Shown here: positions 59,901 through 64,000 of the stretch, in pieces
How positions within the stretch are numbered: the stretch's first letter is position 1
Layout: each line of letters begins with the position of its first letter
NCBI RefSeq assembly: GCF_001194135.2
Contig: NC_068986.1
Coordinates: 82,904,423 to 82,968,422 of the forward strand
Direction of reading: 5' to 3'
DNA from: Octopus bimaculoides
Lineage: Eukaryota
DNA: 64,000 nt
Translations under genes and position numbers: made by a program
The notes under the pieces: model-generated
What the model saw: the letters and a program-made list of their open reading frames with translations, nothing else
Told to the model about the DNA's origin: nothing
Databases searched by the model: none

Positions 59901-61546
59901 TTTTGATCAAATAGCTGTGGTTCTGATGAGCTAGTTTAAATCATCTGTGGCTTCCTTTGGCTCAGTTGATACTTCTTGGCCATCAAGCTCACAAAGTTTT
60001 GTACTAAATTTCACAGATAATGCATTTATCTGAAAAATGAGGAAAATTGTGAAAATTGGGGTTGGGTTAGGTATCTTGAAATTTAGATGTGATGTTAAAA
60101 AAGTGTGTTCTTTTTTGTGACAACAGAATACCTGTTGGGTTGTATAATGGCAAGTGGAAAATTGGGTTTGAACAGATCTAGTATTTCCCCTCATAACACG
60201 GGTGACATGGTCTAGTGAATAGGAGAGATGGCAATTAGAGATAAGAAAGTACCAAGTGGATGAGAGTGACAACAGAAGGAGATTTAGTTGGCACAGAAAG
60301 AATTTCTATAAAGTTGTTTGACTTGCTAGAATTGAAAAGATAATTCATCACTGCATCTCGAGAATATAAAAGCTCACAGCTGGAACATTTTTTATCCAAA
60401 TTCTGTTGGGTCAGAGCTGATTGGGGTTAGCAGTGAAGTGAATTGATATTGTTATAATGTTTACAGTGGATACTACAGACGAAGAGAAATGATAAATAAG
60501 AATTATATGTTGAGATACTGATGGGAACCAAAAACAAAAGTATTTGGCTCAGAGATGTGATACAAATGGTTATCTAATAGCAGATTTCTTTTCTTTAAAA
60601 TTATTTAATAACTCATCGTCAATTTTCAGGCTATTTCTTGGAAAATATATCAAATGCTTCTCTAAATTTGAGGGAACAGCTTATTTTCAGCATAAGAATG
60701 AAAATGAAAATCATTTAATATATGATCTTGAAATAACGAACATGTTTTATCCCTTCTGTTTTTTTCCCCCCCCCAGTTGAAGATAACATTAAGGAGCAAT
60801 TAGCTGCTGCAAATTTGAAGACATCTGTTGAAGATGTGGTAAGTTTATACCTCCTTATTTGCTAAATGAGTAACATATAGTTTAGTTTGCTCTTGTGGTG
60901 TATAATTACTATCAAAAATTTACTGACTATTCTTTGTGCTAGCATTAAATAGGTCTGAAATACACGATCTTTACCTGTCTCCTAATCTCATTTGTAATCT
61001 CATTTCACCAGTGTAATTTCATTAATTTAATGACCTGTTTTATATTATTATCTTTGACACCTAGATATTATATCTCTTGAGTTAACATCAGTTATTACAT
61101 ATTCTCTCACAGACCAATCTTACCTTTTTAATCACAGGATCTATTTAATCTTGCTCCTCGCAAACCTGATTGGGATCTAAAAAGAGATATATCCAAAAGA
61201 TTGGCAAAACTGGAGCGTCGCACTCAAAGGGCTATTGCTCTCTTAATACGTAAGTGTTTGCTTTGTATACATTTGATACCCAACTAGATTTCAAACTCTT
61301 ATACATTAAAGTAAGATCTGCTATCAACTAGTCATATTGGTACAAGCTGTGTCTATAACATGAAATCAGTAATCTAGTATCTTCACTGTTTATTTTGTAT
61401 ATTTTCTTTTGAGATTTTATTGGATTTTTTCAATGTTTGTATTTTCAGGGGATCGTCTGAAAGGAAATAGTCAAGATCTAGTAACTGCCATGAATGCAAC
61501 TGATTCTTTAGCTAAAGGTGATGAAGATGATGCTGACAATGATTGA
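56827..61546 (+). CDS. CCDC12: Coiled-coil domain-containing protein 12 (Cwf18-family spliceosomal protein); gene span, 5 exons, 164 aa
   Basis: Spliced protein MSDVGELQQAALKRKARL...FRSYQPID...KAKP...DLFNLAPRKPDWDLKRDISKRLAKLERRTQRAIALLIRDRLKG, carrying the Cwf18 motif LAPRKPDWDLKRD; 495 nt, phases consistent. Confidence 0.97.
57140..57325 (+). mobile_element. SINE family C (diverged)
   Basis: GAATCGGTAGAAC head, GAGTTCAAATCC B-box. Confidence 0.6.
57710..58790 (-). mobile_element. degenerate RTE-LINE RT relic in CCDC12 intron 1
   Basis: LHDSETWTVNAK motif and similarity to the 55515-56175 copy. Confidence 0.6.
58861..58937 (+). CDS. CCDC12: CCDC12 exon 2 (PLFRSYQPIDEALLENQLPKAKPGK)
   Basis: TTTCAG acceptor, G|GTTAGA donor, 77 nt. 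Confidence 0.92.
59590..60480 (-). mobile_element. CR1/L2-like LINE endonuclease relic in CCDC12 intron 2
   Basis: Degenerate RGNT.DL and SDH-like motifs. Confidence 0.45.
60777..60838 (+). CDS. CCDC12: CCDC12 exon 3 (VEDNIKEQLAAANLKTSVEDV)
   Basis: Polypyrimidine CAG acceptor, GTAAGT donor, 62 nt. Confidence 0.95.
61138..61249 (+). CDS. CCDC12: CCDC12 exon 4 (DLFNLAPRKPDWDLKRD...AIALLI)
   Basis: 112 nt, family motif. Confidence 0.97.
61449..61546 (+). CDS. CCDC12: CCDC12 exon 5 (RDRLKGNSQDL...DND*)
   Basis: TTTTCAG acceptor, TGA stop, 98 nt. Confidence 0.94.
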
Positions 61547-61904
61547 TGTCTATTTTGCGATGTTATATCACAGGTTCAGCTAAAATCTATCTTGGTGTCT
61601 ACATACTACAACAAAGAAATAATTGAAGAAACTAAGCAACAGCAGCACCTATTTGTTAATATATTCTGAATGCAGCAGAAAAAACTCTTGGATAGAGAAA
61701 AGAGTTTTCAAGATTAAAAATATTGGTTTCACTTACTTAACCCATGAATCAAAAATGTTTTTTACTATATTATCTCACTTTGTAAATGTTACTTTCTGAC
61801 ATGAAGTTTGAGAGTTTATGGTGATGACAAATGGGAAGATGTGATGTTTGTTTATATTCTCCCAAGGGTTTTCTGTAAGTAAACTGAAGCAACCTCAGCT
61901 ATAC

Positions 61905-61910
61905 AATAAA
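61905..61910 (+). promoter_or_regulatory. candidate CCDC12 poly(A) signal AATAAA
   Basis: AATAAA about 360 nt after the stop codon. Confidence 0.5.
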
Positions 61911-62914
61911 ATATTTTCAATCAGCTTCTGGTTTCTGTTGGTTCATTTAATGTCTGTTTTCCCATATTAGCTTTTATTGTGAGGCATTTGAGTCAGGATT
62001 TTTGTGAGCAAGTAAAGGATTTTTCATTCCAGAGAAATTCACAAGAATAATGTTAGTAGATAATTTGCAACCCAACAACAAACATTAACGTCGCTTAGAC
62101 ACCATTGTTTCAGTTTCATTTAGAAAATCCACCTCAACAAATTCCATCCAACTCATGCAGGATTGAGAAAAGTGGTTATGTTTGGAATGGTTTAAAATGA
62201 TGATGTGCAGCTAACCTTGCTCTGGAGCATTATTCATCATTGAATAATCATTTATGAATTTGACTTGACTTTGTCAGCAATCTTCAATATTATAATTATA
62301 AACATAAATATATACAAAATATGAGGGAATTTTTCCAAAGAAAGAATCAATTATATAATTTATTCTTTATGTACTTTCTTTTCTTTTTTTAAAATATAAA
62401 CTATGTAGTTGTGTAAAATATATAATTAAGGTATTGTTTGATTCAACATAATAGTGACTCCAGCAGATTGTTGGTGAGAGTTTCATGCAAGATTTCTTCT
62501 GAGTTTTGTTGTTACTACAACAATTTCATAGAGTCACAACTATAGTGCATAAAACACTCCTGTCTTTGTTAAATATATATTTTATACAATCACTAATTTA
62601 TATTTTAGAAAACACATCAAGCATACAAAACAAATTCAGAAGAAAATTTTCTTTAAAAAAGTGGTGGCGGGGGATAAAGTGGAATGCTTTAAAAGGTGAG
62701 ATGATCACAGTTGAAATGCCTTGAGAAAAGAACATGCTTTCATGTTTTTTGCACAAACACAGTTGTATGCACATGATTGAATACATCAGAATGAAACTGG
62801 TTATTTTCAATTTGGAAAATTTTCCATTTCAGACCCTAAAATACAGGATGTTTGTCATTAAGGAGGGATTCCATAAAATAAAAAGTCTTAATAAAATTTA
62901 ATAAAAATATCTTT

Positions 62915-63120
62915 TACTTGTTTCAGTTATTAAACTACGGCCATGATGAGGCACTGCCTTGAAGAATTTTTTAGCCAAATGAATTGATTCCAGTACTTCT
63001 TTTTTTTAAGCCTTGTACTTATTCTATTGGTCTCTTTTGCTGAACTGCTAGTTACAGGAATGTAAACATATCAACACTAATTGTCAAGCAGTGGTAGGGG
63101 ACAAACACACACACACGTGT
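62915..63120 (-). mobile_element. SINE family A 3' half
   Basis: Reverse-complement tail TTTTACTTGTTTCAGTTATT..CGGCCATG. Confidence 0.7.
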
Positions 63121-63124
63121 GGAT

Positions 63125-63600
63125 AGTGGTGAGGAGATATCCATGAAGGATGAAGTGGCGAGTCATGAGTGGAGACTGAGTCTCAAAGTCATGGTGATCA
63201 CTGCAGAGCCTGTGTAGATGGAGGAATAGGGAATGGAGAGCTTGGTGTAGGTAGGGTGGCAGGAGGAGAAGTTGAGGTATGAGTGTGAGTCGGTGTGTTT
63301 GTAGTGGATGGAAGTAGTGAGAGTGGAGTGGTGTATGTTGACTGAAATGTCAAGAAAGGCGACAGAAGTGTTGGAAATGGTGCAGGACAATTCGAGGGCA
63401 GGATAGAGAGATTGGAGAAAAGAGAGGAAGGAGTCTAGTTCTTCATGGGAGAGCGAGGTCACACCAATACAGTCATCAATATAACAACTGTATAGTTCAG
63501 GAGTGGGACCAGTGAATCTTGCAAATATTTGGGCCGCAACGCATCCAACGAACGGGTTCACATAGCATTCTTGTTCCCATGGCCACTCCTGAGACCTGTT
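63125..63600 (-). mobile_element. Penelope-like element RT relic
   Basis: GVAMGTRM..YVNPFVG..YIDDCIG..FLQSLYPALEL..AFLDISV..YKHTDSHSYLNFSSCHP..KLSIPYS. Confidence 0.9.
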
Positions 63601-63741
63601 GTGTGTATATATATATATATATATATATGTATATCCCTTCTCTTGATTACTTAACAGCGTATTTACTTCTGGGTTACCTCTATTGCCACTGAACACTGCC
63701 TCAAACTTTTATCTCACTACCTGCTCTAGGACACCTTCTAG

Positions 63742-63754
<13 letters not shown>

Positions 63755-63778
<24 letters not shown>

Positions 63779-64000
63779 AAAATGAGAATGTGTGTCTGTC
63801 TGTCTGTGTGAATCCCTAAAACTCGAGAACTACGCAACCAATTTCATTCAAATTTTACACATGCCTTACTTAGGGTTCCAGTTGTGTTTTAGTCAAAAAA
63901 GATTTTTTAACTTCTTGCAGAGTTCGAGCCCACGGCAACATAATATCTCCTTCACTATTTAAGTATTACATGTCAAAAGTGAAACAAAAACACTCATGTC
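63755..64000 (+). mobile_element. non-autonomous Helitron-like element 5' end (runs off the window)
   Basis: TC(TA)nAAAATGAGAATGTGTGTCTGTCTG...CTCGAGAACTACGCAACCAATTTCATTCAAATTTT. Confidence 0.6.

Noticed and set aside
54590-63600. CCDC12 captured inside a single giant Penelope element
   Set aside because: CCDC12 retains its introns and a normal promoter; two independent relics are far more parsimonious

Overview
AT-rich animal genomic DNA, most likely an octopod cephalopod (inferred from the tRNA-headed SINEs, RTE 3' tails and long TA/CA microsatellites; not verified by search), with two assembly gaps. Two complete protein-coding genes were reconstructed by hand, arranged head-to-head with start codons 10.8 kb apart. 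(1) Minus strand: a 24-coding-exon SMARCC1/2 (BAF155/170, Moira) orthologue, ATG 46017 to TAG 10180, 4230 nt CDS, 1409 aa, with all GT-AG introns and consistent phases. (2) Plus strand: a 5-exon CCDC12 (Cwf18) orthologue, ATG 56827 to TGA 61546, 164 aa. A possible third gene may start at the left edge on the minus strand. The rest is mostly transposon relics: RTE, CR1, R4/Dong, Penelope, mariner, hAT and Tc1/mariner MITEs, Helitron/Helentron-type elements and SINEs. I found no clearly new biological system. The best leads are a nearly charge-free 385-aa QPGY-like prion-like exon in SMARCC, a candidate poison exon, SMARCC-CCDC12 linkage that echoes human 3p21.31, a telomere-repeat palindrome, and several unusual retroelement structures. 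Exon coordinates are base-exact from manual reading. TE boundaries are approximate and TE family calls rest on recalled motifs.
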